Assembly: GCA_028534125.1 (NCBI GenBank)
Contig: CM052816.1
Location: 89,468,001 to 89,532,000 of the forward strand
Direction: 5' to 3'
DNA: 64,000 bases
Origin: Lama glama
Lineage: Eukaryota
Notes under the pieces: generated by a model
The model's input: the letters and a program-made list of their open reading frames with translations, nothing else
What the model was told of the DNA's origin: nothing
The model's database searches: none
Program-made: the position numbers and the translations under genes
Shown: one piece after another, positions 25,031 to 39,030 of the stretch
How the letters are laid out: every line of letters begins with the position of its first letter
Numbering within the stretch: the first letter of the stretch is position 1

Positions 25031-28000
25031 TGTCAATAATCATAGCATTGGTTAACAATGAGCATCAATGATACAACAGTTTTTGTTTGTAACTCTCAGA
25101 ATTTGGGTCACAATTGAGACTTGTCCAGAGAATTAAAGCCAGGGCACATTCTATGAAAATGAAAAATGAATCAGATAGTGTTTCTGGAATATTCCTCCCT
25201 AAATGTTAATATTATATTAGTAATCTCCAGTAGAACACCATTGCTTTAGGGTCACCTGCTTTTCATATTAGATACTGAACTGATAATCCAGACTTGGAGT
25301 TTTCAAAAACATTAAAAAAGAAAAAAGAAACTTGGCATAGTTCTGAAATTTTGTTAAATGGGATAAATTAGATTCAAATTATAAAACCCCATCCCACACC
25401 AAACATCTTAGTGAGGCAAAAATAACGGTGAACATTGTGAAAGACAGGATCTTATTCTTTCCAAGCGTTTTCAAGTAGCAAAAAGGAAGAACTCTTTTCC
25501 CAATTTTTTTTCAGCTTGAATATTTTAATCATCTGTTCCATTCAAATGATTACTGTCCGAATCCAGCCAAAAAGAGCTATAAGCATGGACAGTTGAAGTT
25601 TTAAGATAGTATAGCAGGAAAAGTCTTTCTTATTCTCATAAACAGTCTCTGGCTGTATAATCGCCCTTAGCAAGTTCCCACCATGCCTCACATTTATGGA
25701 CTTATTTTGTATCCATTTTTGTTTTGTTTTGTTTTGAAAGTGGGAAAGGGTATGTTTTGTGTTTCATAAACTCTCAGCTAGACATTTCATGTTTTTGCTT
25801 TCTGTAGTATGTTAATAGCCTGAGTAAATTTTCTTTTTTTCTCTTTTAATGTTTTTTCCCTCCACTATCTTTTCATAAAAACCAGGTATTAGATGAATAA
25901 ATTTCACTGTTTTTGACATACTGTTTTTCATTGGCTGTTTTTAGGTAATAAAAAATCTGCTGGTAACTATGGAAAATGAAACCCATAGACAGAGTTCTAA
26001 CTAGTTTCCCAGGAACAAGAGATTACTAGGAAATTACTGGAATATCTATCCACAGTGTATGAATGATCAGTATTTGGACAGCTTTACCAGGATTTATATT
26101 AATAGGAAAAATATAATTATACTCCTAATCCAATTTCTATGTACTATTGTAGTTCTACTACAAAACAAGGGATTGACATACTTTATATTGTATATGTAAT
26201 CCTGCAACCTCCAAGAATAAATAGTGTAATTTCCTCCCAGTTTTTCTATACTTACAGTTTAGCACTGCCATGTTTTCTTCATAAATGTGGTTGTTAAAAT
26301 GTTTCCATTTACATTAATTCATCTGCTTCTAAATTCCTGTCCCAAACTTAAATACTCTTCTCATTGTTTGATGACTCTAGATGGGTCCTTATCCATCCAT
26401 CAGCCAGGCCTCACAAAGTCCTTCAAAATGATTATTTGTGTCTTGGGGTAGTTGAGTATATATGAGATAATCATTAGCACGGAACCATTTATTCACATAA
26501 ACAGTTTATACCTCATCAGGAGGTAGGTTAGTGTTAAGATAAATGTTATCTAACTTGCCAGGGGACCTGCTAAAGAACGGAAAAAGAGAAGACTGTCATA
26601 TTGGATGCACATCTTGATAATAATATCTGATGAGGTAGAGGTGGCAAAAATTATCTCCACAAATTTTATTGAAAGTCAGAAAGACTCTTAATGAACCTTA
26701 GTCATTATATAGTCGACCAGATGCAGCAGGTTGAGTCTAAGGAATTAAATTGACCTTAAACAAGCAGTAAACCTGCCAAGGGTGATGCTTTCTATGAGCA
26801 AAATGCCAGGATTCTGATAGTCCCTCTCCTCTGTGCCAGGGGGACCGTAGCCGTGCACCTTATTCTTGATAGGCAGCAAGTCTGTACCATTTCTAAGTCA
26901 GGTGATTTAAATTTGGAGACTTATTGAATTAGTCTAAGACAGAATATTATGTTAAGGAGAGAGGAATCAAGGAAAGAAAAAGTGTAATAAATCTATGGGT
27001 CTAACTAAAAGTCATGCAATTCCCTAAACAAGATGGATGCTAGTTACTTTTAAAATTCATTTCTAGTTTAAACTTCCTGGGAAGGAAATGACTCCCAACT
27101 GATAGGCCATAAGCTGCAGGTCAGTTAGCCCCTCTTTAAAATATATACATCTAAAATACATAATATTTTATCATATATAAATTTGTATATTTTATATAGA
27201 TGGTTCATATTTAAGAATTTGAGTTTTTAGTATTCTCAGAATTCTTATTTTGTCTTACAAACACTTGTAGACTATTGTAGTGACCTAGTCTTATCCAGAC
27301 GCCTGAGACATATTATTGGTTCCAGATTCTTATTATCTGGTTTGGAAATTAAATGGTTGTTTTTCCTTGTGTTCAATCTCTGGGAAGTTCAATTTTCCAA
27401 AGCAATTCAGAAGAGATAGGGAAATAATCATCAGTAGGACTGATCTACTGTTTATAAAATCCCATTAAGAATACTCTTTCTAATCAGCTTCTCGTTGGCC
27501 CCTAAGGTAAAGGAAAATGTATGAGTTCCTCCATAGGGAATGATCATTCTCTGATTATGCCAAGAAAGAAGGCTGCAAGACTGAAGCAGGCCAGTGCAGA
27601 ATCAGTGACAGAAATAGGGGTGGAAAAGAAATCTATTATTTCTTCTCATAAGCGTTTATCTATAGGTGTTTCCCTAGGCTCAAAATAAAAGGCTGATCTC
27701 TGTATCACCTGCCGTAACATCACCATGGAGACTTCTGACATGGTTGGTTCTAAATCTAAGCTCATTTAGGGTCACAGAACCTGTTATGTGCCTCATGTTT
27801 AACACTTTTGAAACCTTGAGTTCTGATCCAAAAAAGGTTCTTCCTCTTACAAGTACTGCCTACCTGCTCATATGCTCCTGTGTCTGAGTTTATATCCCTG
27901 TTATTTTCATAATACCTACACTGCCTTATAGCACTAGATACACAGGGCTATAAATGTCTGTTTACTCTTTTATATCCTATATATGTATTCCCTGAGACAA

Positions 28001-28878
28001 AACACCAACTGGACCTCATTTTCATTCATTATTGTATACTAAGCCAAAGTCACGACTCCTGACATATTATTAACAGAAAAAAAAAAAAGTTGACTAGATG
28101 ATTTTTTAAAATGAGAAAGAAAATTAAAAAGTTTATGAGAAGCCGTTAATAAAGACTCAAAGCTAAAAAGTAAATGGCATACAAACAGAACACTAGAAAA
28201 AAATAAAATTGATCGAAGCATCCTAATAAAGGAAATGAACAAAAAAACAAATACATGAAATGGTATTACCAGCAAAAAAAGAGAGTGAATACAATTAAAA
28301 CCACAGAAAAAAATTCTAAAGTCTGTATAAAATCTTTTACTAAAAATTCTAGAAAATATTGCTGAAATGAAAACTTAAAAATTTATCAGATTTCAAAATA
28401 AGATATCAAGTTCAAAATCAATAAGGTAAAAATAAGATGATAATACATAAAAAGTAATGATATGCGATATATTGTTTCAATGTAAAAAAATGTATTTTTT
28501 TAATTTACCAAATTAGTAGCAAATATTTTTTTTAAAAAAGTAATAATTTAAGTTGAGAAGGAGATAGAAAGAAGTTACTAGAAGAGACTAGGATTGAGTC
28601 TCCAAAAAGCAGTATTTACTTGCCGGTGGGAAATATCCATTTGTATCCAGTTATCATCCTGTTTATAGCTCTGAAAAATCACAATTGATTCAGACTTGAA
28701 TTTTCATGATTTCTGCTTTAGATGTTATTGTCAAGACAAACTTCATAGTTTGTTTATAAATGGAAACAGATTGACCTAAACCCATCCATGTTTGTTTGTT
28801 TCAAAAAAGGAAAAGAAAATGTTTGTTTGAAAACTGATAATAGTCATAATATTGGAAATCTTATTTTTTTCCCCACAG

Positions 28879-29132
28879 CCGCTGAACTATGAGAAAAAGA
28901 AATCATATACCCTCAACATAGAAGGAGCAAATACACATCTTGATTTTCGCTTTTCTCACTTGGGTCCTTTTAAAGATGCTACCATGCTGAAGATCATTGT
29001 TGGGGATGTAGACGAGCCACCACTGTTTTCCATGCCCTCCTACGTCATGGAAGTCTATGAAAATGCCAAGATCGGGACTGTCGTTGGCACAGTTTTGGCA
29101 CAAGATCCTGACAGTGCTAATAGCTTAGTGAG
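28879..29132 (+). CDS. CDH18: Cadherin-18 internal coding exon (254 nt, phase 0-2), end of EC3 and start of EC4
   Basis: Acceptor ttttttccccacag|CCG and donor AG|gtatgt. Translates PLNYEKKKSYTLNIEGANTHLDFRFSHLGPFKDATMLKIIVGDVDEPPLFSMPSYVMEVYENAKIGTVVGTVLAQDPDSANSLV(R), with DVDEPP and AQDPD motifs. Confidence 0.96.
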
Positions 29133-29489
29133 GTATGTTATATTTTCACCTTTTAGACCTGTAACAATTTTATTGCTTCTCACAGCAATTCAAAATGAAT
29201 AAAATAATATTTAATTTCCATGTTATTTCCTATGACTATAATCCAATTATCATATTAACTGATTCTTTACCTGAGTGAATAACAGATGGGTTTCTGTCAA
29301 ATTTAGAATACCTGTAGCTATCTATCTCCATGAGTATATTGTTGACCACACAGATTTTTTTTTTCCATTTGACTTAATAGGTGGGAGTGTAATTGACTGG
29401 AAAATTTTTTATAGAAATATTTAATCACAGACTAGAGAATCTTTGGTACCTTAATGATTAGGGGTATAAATACAGTTTTTAAAATGAAG

Positions 29490-29925
29490 GTTTGGGAATA
29501 ACATTCGGCTCTGAATCCTTGTCTGGTCACAGTAGCTGCAAACCTTTAGGAAATCACCCTTATTTGTGAAGGAAGAACACTAGTATCGGTCCCTCAGAGT
29601 TATTCATTGTGAGACTGACTCAGTGATGAGCTTAAAGTGCTAAGCTGAGTGGTCTGCATCCAGCAGTGACTCTATAAATGCAGACTTGTCCAAGGTAGTG
29701 TGGAGTGTTTCTTAGAGAATCACCTCTGAAGGCAGGAAGACTGATGTGAGATTTCCAGTGGCTTGGTTTACTAGTTGTGGGGTCTTACACAGTCATTCAA
29801 CCTTGCTGAATCTCAGGATTGAATATATGAACAGGGGATAATAATGCTGCATAAATATGTTGGGAGAATTAAATTAGATTGACAGAAAGTGCTTCACATA
29901 GTCAGTAAGTGATCACTAATATTTT
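29490..29925 (+). mobile_element. Two adjacent MIR SINE relics
   Basis: ggctctgaatccttgtctgg...agagttattcattgtgagact, and ttactagttgtggggtctt...cattcaaccttgctgaatctcag...ggggataataat...gggagaattaaatta. Confidence 0.6.
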
Positions 29926-30839
29926 ATTACTGTCGTATGCGCAGATGTAATTAAACCTTTCCTTGCGTAATGAGAAGGGAGTTTTATTTTATTTTTTTGT
30001 CTCAGTTATGACAAAATGAAAGAACTATGTAATGTTTAAAACTCTTTAGTTGCCTTGTGTTTATACCCTTGGGTAATCCTAAGGCCCTAGAAAGTCTGAA
30101 GTCCTTAACAAATCTGCCTGCTTTTCCCCATCAAGTTCTTATTCTCACTCTCTTTAGTTCTCATCCATTTTGACAAAAGTTAATATGATAAATATGCTCC
30201 TAGGTATCTATGTAGTATTTGTGAAATGTTCAATTTTCTTTTATGTGAGCATGATTGTTTTTAAGTTTTTAAAAAAATGGCCGCAGCACTCATGCATGGA
30301 GAGAAACCACTTTCTGTGCACAAATGTGTGTATTAAACAATTCTGTTTCATCCGTGAATGCAGCAGAGGGAGTACCCTGTCAGTTGATAACACCTCTGTC
30401 ACACTGAGAGCAGGAGCTGCATGTGGCTTCTAAGAGGCAGGACAGGCAAAGTGTACAAAATAACATGCATAAACCCAGTGATGGAAACTGATCTTTAATT
30501 AAGGGATGCAGGCGGGAGTTGATATGCTTATTTATCCAACCAGAAGAAAGTCCACGGTGCTTTATTATTCCATAGAATGCCATATTTTAATATCATTTTT
30601 GACATTTAGTAAGTAAAATTTGTCTAATTGTATTGAAAGCTAGCATTATAAAGGTTATTTACAAATGCAGCCATTTACCAAAAGGAGCCAACACCTTTGA
30701 GAGTAAAAATACTTCATGCTGTGAGTTTGTTGTGAAAATGTTTGATAAACATTGGTAAGACTTTCTTTTGAAGGCTAAAACTTGGTATTAATGATGGATT
30801 CTGTATTTTTTAATTAAAAGAGGTGGGAAATACATTTAT

Positions 30840-31290
30840 TTTTAAAAGTGATATTTAAAGCACCTATCATATGCAAATATTACAATAGTCTTTGTGATAA
30901 AGACATTAAGCACAGGCACACACATACACATACAAAGAGCAGCTTGAAGTCTAGTGAAGAGATCAAAAAAAATTTGCATCCTTTGATAAGGGTGATAAAG
31001 GTCTGATAAAATGTGTAGTGAACAGGTGTGCCCAACATCTTCTAGAGAGAATGAGTTGAGAAAGATTGAATTGAGGCTCAAAATCCAGGTTAAGGATTAG
31101 ACAGGTGAAGAATAGAGAAGATAACTGAAGTTTGTTGTGTACACAAGGAGCTCAGTTTGCCTGTGTGGGAATGGCAAATAATGAGGTTGGAGAGAGAAGC
31201 TGGAGAGAGATCACAAAGAGGCTTTGTGCTAAGTCCACATCTTGGAAATTAATCCTGACAGCAATGTCAGTGCGGGGAGAAGAGAAATCA
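30840..31290 (-). mobile_element. L2 LINE fragment
   Basis: atatttaaagcacctatcatatgc...gagcagcttgaagtctagtg...ataatgaggttggagaga. Confidence 0.5.
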
Positions 31291-31497
31291 GAGATGCATG
31301 AATAACTTTAATAAAAACAATGATAGGAGGAGGTGCATTTCAAAATAAATAATAATGGAATTTTAAAATGCTGTGAAGGGTGGAAGAGATGTTCCAAAAA
31401 GGTAGGCAAAAGGAGGAAAACTTGAGGTCAGGGACAGACTTCTTTCAGTGTTGCTCTGTACATCCTAACATACACAAAATCACCGTTCCACGTAAAA

Positions 31498-32312
31498 CAG
31501 TGGTCACCCCAGGGCAAAATCCCTCTGTTGCCGGCAATTAGGTTCTTGTCTCATCGCAGAAAGAATTCAGAGACAGACACGGAGGTTAAGAAAGTAAAAT
31601 GAGGATGTTTTGAGGGATGGATAGTACACGGTCAAGGGGAGAGAGGGCAGACTCAGGTGAGTGGCTACGCTGAGTTTCTTTGGCAAGTTGGTTACATAGG
31701 GTGTAAAAATGAATGGACGGAATATTCATTCGGGGGGAAGGGTTTAGAGTTGTATTCCCTGATTTTCACCCCAGATCAACCTTCTCAAGGGGAAGAGGGA
31801 TTTTTGTTCTTATTTAGTCTGGATGGGAAGTGTCATGATGTCGGTGCATGATGGGAACTTCTAATTTGCAAGGCTAATTTACTTGTAATGAGGGCATAAT
31901 GAGCAAAAGGTTACATTTAGACACTAGAGATCCTGCTTTTTTCCCTTTCTTTGTTGGCCGCCAGGACACTTACACCCCAAATGTGTGATTTCTTATCAGT
32001 CCAGAGGTTCCAGCTTTTTGCCATCTGCCCAGGGACCCCCGTTGTTTAGATGACGTATGATTTTCTGCCACTTGGCCTGTGCCCCCCTTTCTCTGCTCAT
32101 ATCTGGCTATCTGCCTACTCTAACAACCCTACCAAGGGACCACTGGCAATGTTTGAAGATGTGTTTGGTGATCACAACTTGGGGAGGAATACTGCTATCA
32201 TCTGTAGATAGATGTCAGGGATGGTCCTGAGCATCCTGCAGCTCACAAGTGAGTCCCCACAACAAAGAATTATCTGTTCCAGAATATCAATAGTGCTGAG
32301 GTTGAAAACACT
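31498..32312. mobile_element. MER20 hAT-Charlie element split by an LTR insertion (pieces about 31498-31525 and 32126-32312)
   Basis: cagtggtc... | ...tggcaatgtttgaagatgtgtttggtgatcacaacttgggga...ccccacaacaaagaattatctgttccagaatatcaatagtgctgaggttgaaaacact. Confidence 0.8.
31526..32125 (-). mobile_element. ERV1-class solo LTR, 600 bp, antisense to CDH18
   Basis: TG...CA ends (TGTTG...TAACA). The minus strand starts TGTTAGAGTAGGCAGATAGCCAGATATGAGCAG and ends ...tgaattctttctgcgatgagacaagaacc...ccggcaaca. Higher GC/CpG than the flanks. No clean target-site duplication. Confidence 0.8.
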
Positions 32313-33409
32313 TAACACAGGGAAAAAACCAAACTGGATGTTACTTTGGCAAAACAGGAGTTCTAATTATTAAATTCATGGAAATAAATTTTGAAAAACT
32401 ATTTTTGGGAAATGCATATCAGTGTAGATGTCTCACATACGTGCATGTTCATGTGAATGTTTCAACATATACACTTTATTTCTTAAAAAATATTTATATA
32501 TAATTGCTCCATAATATTGTTAACGTCCTCAGTAATTGCTCTGTCATTGGGAGCATTTAATTGAACACCAGCTACGTTTCACACAGTCCCCTAATTGTTG
32601 CTACGCAAAGGTGACTGGTATATTTTCTCCAAATGCAAATTCTAAGAAGCACAAATTCATTAGCTTGTGCCTTATATTTTTGTTTTGTTTTGGTTAGACA
32701 GCTGAAATGAATCCTTCCAAAGCTTCCTTAAAATCATCAGACTCCATAGCTCGTGTTTGGGGGCATAATTTACATAATAGTTGTTCTTAATTTTAATAAA
32801 AATGTGTCATTCACATGGGCCTCTAGGTGCAAACAGTGAATAAAATACAGAAAACATTAACAAATACAAAAACAATCCTATACTTCCACGTTTCTCAGGG
32901 ACCAAATGTTTGTACTAATTAAGGAAACACGTCTTGAAAAGCTGTACCTTGCAATGTGCCCTAAAATGCAATTAACTCCAAGTCTGCAGAATTGATAATG
33001 AAAGGGAGTTTGCATCTTACAGGCATTTGTGAAAAGCTTCCTGACTTCAGCCTTTTGTATTTCAATTTTCTAAGCTATTAGTAAGATTATTCAGATTTCT
33101 AAGAGCATGCCCTGTCTAGCTTTTGTCTCTTTCGACTCAAAACAAGGATGTGCAATTTGCAGCAATATAATCACCAACTTTCTTAAAAATAGAATTGGAA
33201 CCAGGCTATTTACCAGTAGGAAAGAAACCTTGATTTAAACAGCCTGTGCTCACTTGCTGGCATACTGCAACTGAAATTCAGGGATTTCCGGTGTAGCTGC
33301 TGACGGATGAGCAACCCTGTGATAACACAAGAGGCTAGAGGGCTTTCTGGAAATGTGACCCGTATCACATGACTATTACAAACAGTGACCATTCATTGCT
33401 TGCTCTCTG

Positions 33410-33620
33410 TGGGCCAGAGGTTTATACAGCAAGTCAAAAACCCCTCTAACCACCCTAAAGAGTCTATAGTATTAGTCCCATTCTACAGATGAAGAAACTA
33501 GGCTCAGAAAATTAGGTAAATTGGCCAAGTTTACATAGTGATAAAGTGTGGCAGATCTAGAATTTAAATCCAGTTTTGCTTTATTCCAAGGACCCTGTTT
33601 TTTAAAAGCCATAATATGCT
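33410..33620 (-). mobile_element. MIR SINE
   Basis: tattagtcccattctacagatgaagaaactaggctcagaaaattaggtaaattggccaag. Confidence 0.8.
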
Positions 33621-36600
33621 ACCTCTCATATATTTCAACTAATAAAAATTATTGTAATATGAATTATTATTATTATTATAAACTGCATTTACAGACGTCA
33701 GGTATTACAAAGTAGGAAACAGATGAATGTTTTCCATGTTTAGATGTGTTTCATACTTCTGGAAAAAGAGATGCAGAAGAAAGTCAAATTCCATTTTTAA
33801 CTCTAGCATCTCATGAAAAAAACTCTAAATTTTAGAGTTTCTCCACATGTAAAGTCAAAGACATATATGATTTGATTTAGTACAACAAAAAGGAAATTAG
33901 TGAAGTCTCCAATTAACATTTCTCTAGGATGAAGAGCTTTAGCATGAATTTGTATGAGTAAGGATAGCCCCTCATCTTCTTTTCCACTTTGATTTATTAT
34001 CTGAATTTATCTATACATTTATTGATTGGTAAAATGTTTAGTATGTTCTTTGTGTTATAACTTTAAAGCCATTAGAAAGAAATAGTAAATATCGTGCATT
34101 GTTGTTTTCAAATGCTTACCATGACATTATTTAGGAAACAATAGCCAATTTATGTGCTAACATAAGAAATAAAATTGTGATGGAGTTTGGAAATAATTGC
34201 CAAATTAAAAAAAACAACTTTCTAAAATATCTTTAAAAAAAAGAACAGTTGTAGAGAATTAGAAGTGTTTACTCAGCCTATTTTTAGTTTAATTGTAACC
34301 TCTGAACAAATGCTTCCAGTATATTCACTGCGTCCTTAGTGTGTTTGTTTTTCTTACATATTTCTGAAATTTTCATGAAGCTAATGATGAGATGACAGTT
34401 AGGAGCACCTCATTCACTTGGGGATGTTATAACAGCAAAAAATAAGCTGTATTTCAAAATAATGACAAGATGATATGGTAGAGTTGAAAAGGAAAGCTTA
34501 AAAAAGTAACTAAGATGGTTTGACTATAGGAATCAAACTTCCAAAAAGAAAGACAAGAATACCTAGAAAATGTGTTTCAAAATATATTCACATTAAAGAT
34601 ATCATCTGATATACAGTGAGTAAAAACCTTATAGACCAAATTTACTTATGAAAGATTAGCTTAGTGAAAGTCAAGAATGCCTTAATTGGACCTTTAATAG
34701 AAAGCCTTAATATATCCTCATTAAAACTGGCATAGTCATCTGATACAAAGGAGATAATTCATTAAGCACAATTAATGCAAATTGAGTGCAGATAGAGAGA
34801 AAGAAGACTCCCGTTTAAAACTGGAAGTCCTTGTCTTTGACTTGTGTTTTGTCATTTATCACATTACAGATAGCCAAATTAGCACATTTAGATTGACCAA
34901 TAACTTGACTGTTAAATGTCACGTCACTATGGCATTTGAGAATGTCAAGGCACCCAGAGATGACCAAGACAATCCTGTTCTGTCAGAGATGAAGAGATCT
35001 GTAGACTAAGCCAACTGAGTGACTGACTCCCAGTTACATCGCTAGCTAATCACAGAGCTTGGAAGAGAACGTGGTCACTGTCACCGTGCTTCAAAAAAGA
35101 TACAGAAGACCCCTAGAAATATTTCCATTTTGGGCTCACAGTTACCTAGCAACCTAGCATGTGGTGGAAACCACCCCAAATCAGAATCCTGATGCCAGAG
35201 GGAGAAACTATTTTCTGGGTGGGCCTGTGCAACTCCCTTAGCTCTAGAATGAATGCCTAAATCCTGGCTTCGTGACATCTGCTAGTCTACCGACAGGGAA
35301 CTAAACCATCCAAATAGCTTTCTTGTGAATTTTTCAAAGAAATAAAAGATGCTTAAAATGGTTCCATAGCATTTATAAAACTCAAGATTACTGGAATTTT
35401 TAAAATCTTCATTACTGAAAAGCATAAATAACAGGCGGAAGCATTTTTTGTGCAGACGTTTTACTTCTTGAGGTGCTTTTGTCTCATTGGGGCAAGGCTT
35501 TGGTTTGAGACGTTAGAAAGCTTTCCAGAATATCTACGTGCTGTATGTGCTGCCTGTCTTATTAAGCACAATACACTATCAAGTGACAAATGGTCTTTAT
35601 GTTCTATTTTTTTTTTAGAAGGATTATTTTCTGGGTGCATGACTTGTGGAATAAATTGCATCCCCAAAGTGAGCTAAGGGAATCTTAAATTTTTTAATGA
35701 ATCTGAGCTATACTGCAGGTGTGTGACTTTTTGTTAAATTAAAGATGAGGCCAAGCTGCTGTAATATCCCACAGGGTGTACATTGATTAAACTTTATCCC
35801 ATCTATTGATCATAGTCAGTAAAACTCACAAAAACAGCTGGTTGGGAGGCAAAGTCTCAAATATATTTGCGTTACTACTCACGTTCTTTACCCACAAGTA
35901 TCTACAGTGTGACAACTGAAAGAAGTCTTCTATACTTTAAGCCAACTGATGTTTCTCCAAGTAAACCACTGTTAAAATAGATTTCCATGATGTAAGTTTT
36001 AAATTAATTTTTATGGTGAAATGGACAGACTATAATGAAAATAACAAGTGCCTCTGAGGGCTGAAATTTTGTTATTGAAGTGAAAAAACTTTTCTAATGT
36101 ACTTTAACATGACTAATAATTATCTTGAATCTAGGCCTATATAATCAGTGAAATTGATTACTAAATGATGAACTGGGTAATTTGTTTAAAGTAGCTTCTG
36201 TTGAAGAAAATACTTGAATAAAGGCAATCATTGTTGAGACTGACAGTGTTTACCATGGCCATAACGTGTCTGGTGTTTTGTTTGCCCATAAATTCTAATT
36301 TTAAGAATAAATTTTCGTCTTATTTCAATGTAATGCTTTTTTCTTTTCATTGCATTAAAATAGATTTACTAGAAATATGAAATGGTGCACATATTGAATG
36401 ACAGAACAGAGTAGTTGTAGGAATAAAAAATTTTAACCCAGGTTTATAAGCTACAGTAGCAACTTTTGCAAGATCCCCTATGTTAAATGGGCCCATTTAT
36501 CTGACAGCAGAAAATTAGTCATGGTTTGCATAGGGAGTTGTCCAGTGAGTGGGCTCTTAAGGACCACTGGACAAATCTGAGCCGGAACAAGCTTAATTGT

Positions 36601-37734
36601 ACTTCCTCTAGTCTGCAGCCAGGTGATAATCAGTCCCTCATAGGCAACATCTTATTGATTACTGATCACAAAACTTCTTAAGTAGCATTTAGTATAGATA
36701 TTATCTTGGCATCTAGTTCATGCAAGATATGGTGAGCTTATAGTGATGTCAGGACATAATGTTGTGCTATAATAATCATACTAGAGTAGCCCTTGAATCT
36801 ACCTAAACATTTTCTCCCTCATACGAATCCTGTTGGCTATGTATCCTGCAGATTTAGCCAAAGCATCCACATGAGGTACTATGGAGGGTTTTTTTTTTTT
36901 CCCCTAGGATTCAACCGAAAGTCTAAAAAAAATGAGCTTTAAAAATGATAATTGTATTACAACTTAAAATTAGTTCCAGAACTGTAAGTTAAATGAAATG
37001 CTGTGAAAATTGTAAATGTATTTGTCCTTTTTGCAATGTTTAGATATCTCTCAGTGAAAGAGAAATATAAGCTAGCACACGCTGTAAAAGAAAGTTAATT
37101 TCCTGAATTAATCTAAGAAAGTTTGAACATAATATTAGGAATCTATAAAAAATTCATCTCTGTATGAAAACCTACTGCTCTGGATAATTAAAGCGTGATG
37201 ACCTATTGGCCTGATTCTTTCCGCCAAAACATTTACAAAAGAGGTAAAGGCTACTCTGACATGCCTTAATTAATTTTACATTAGGTACTAACAGATTCTT
37301 CTTTGTATTTGTTGAAGGCTTCGTTGGTTTATTCATTCACTTATAAGGCAAAGTCGTACCCCTGTGCTATGGTAGGTTGTAGAAAGAGTTTTATTCTCAT
37401 AAACTTTCCAAATGAAAGTTGACTGATGTGCATTGGGCAGGGAAATAATTTTTGGACAGAATTTTCTTTCTTTTTTTTTTTTGGAAATGGACAGCAATTC
37501 ATGCCATTTGTATGGAGACATTTGTTCATTCAATAGTAATCCTTATTCAGCTCCTACTGTGTTTGGAGCACTTTGCCAGAAGAAAAAGACAAAACAAACT
37601 AACAAAAAAACAGAACTTACTATTCATGAACTTTCTCAACAAAATAAACATAAGTTTTCTAAGAAAGAAAGACAGAAAGCGAACTTAAGAGACAATAAAA
37701 CAAGTAACAGTTAACTATTGAGGTCTGTCATGTT

Positions 37735-37930
37735 GTACTCAAGCATAAAATACTTTCATATATTACTTCATTTAATTGTCACAAGAAAGTTACAAGTAGG
37801 CAACATCTCCATTTTGCTAACAAAGAAGGGCTCAGAGAGGTGGTACATTGCTTACGGTCACAGAGCTAATCAGAGGGTTAGGTGTGACGAACACCACTCT
37901 TACTTGGTTTCCAAACCCGTGTTGATTCTC
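37735..37930 (-). mobile_element. MIR SINE
   Basis: ttcatttaattgtcacaag...gtaggcaacatctccattttg...ggctcagagaggtggtacattgcttacggtcacagagctaat. Confidence 0.7.
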
Positions 37931-38829
37931 TTACTACTGCTCAATACCATTTTCACACATACGCTGGATCTCTTTTGGAAACAAATTTTCATAGAATTTG
38001 TGTTTACATTCTGAATAAATCAAGACAGTTTATTGTGCACAAAGAAAAGAATGTAGGAGAGGTTCTTCAGTGGCCTGAAGTGGTTATCACCTCTACAGTA
38101 TCTGAAAATTGGGAAATTTGTTTTGGGTAAACCCCTCTTCTGTTCATCTCTTCTCTCTATGTACCTTCGTGAGCCGACCTTTGCATTTTAGATCAAAAAT
38201 GCACTATGAGTTGAATTGTCCCCATCAACCAACCCCCTCTCGCCTCTCTCACAAGCATTCTCTCAATGACTTAGTTGATGATGATTGAATCAATTGTCAT
38301 TCCTTACCAAAGAATATTTTATTGTAAAGTAAGTTCATATTACTCTAGGGTAACACTGTGGAGATGGTAATATTGATCAGGGCATTAGCGTATGGGTAAA
38401 GGAGATCAACTTCTGTCTGTAGCCTATCTATAACCAACTCTTTCCTTCTATCTTACTTACAAAGTAATGGTGGTCTGAAAAATGACACCTCACTTTAGAC
38501 CAGATCTAAGATATCTCACCCATGTTTTCCCTAATGCCTTCTGGTGCTTAGAATTTAACTCTGACCTCTGATTTTAAACTGTCTGAGCATCGATCTCAAT
38601 ATTAGCTTGCAAATAGCTTTTCTTTTTTTTTTTTTTTTTTTTGGCCTACTTGTTTCCCTAACTAAACCATGTCTAAATAATTCTCAGGTCTTGCTACCTC
38701 TTCTCTTTTATATATCTCTTGTTCCTCTCTTTTACTCCTTCAAATAAATATTCATTGAATGAATGGGTAAAGCCTCAAATATTATCTACTTTAAAAAAGT
38801 ATAAATATTACTTGATGGATTGTATTGAT

Positions 38830-39030
38830 TTTTAATCTCTTGCACTAACTAGCTCTTTGAAGTTGGATAAAATTCTCCATCACTCTGCATCAGATTTCTT
38901 CTCGGCAAAAATGGTCTATTAATGGTACTTATCTAGTTTTTTTGAGTCTGTAATAAACTAATATTTAGGAAACATTTAAAGCATGTATATAGTACACTGC
39001 AAGTGCTTCATAAATGTTAGTTTTTGTTAT
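38830..39030 (+). mobile_element. MIR SINE
   Basis: actaactagct...ctctgcatcagatttctt...ggtacttatct...gcaagtgcttcataaatgttag. Confidence 0.6.
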
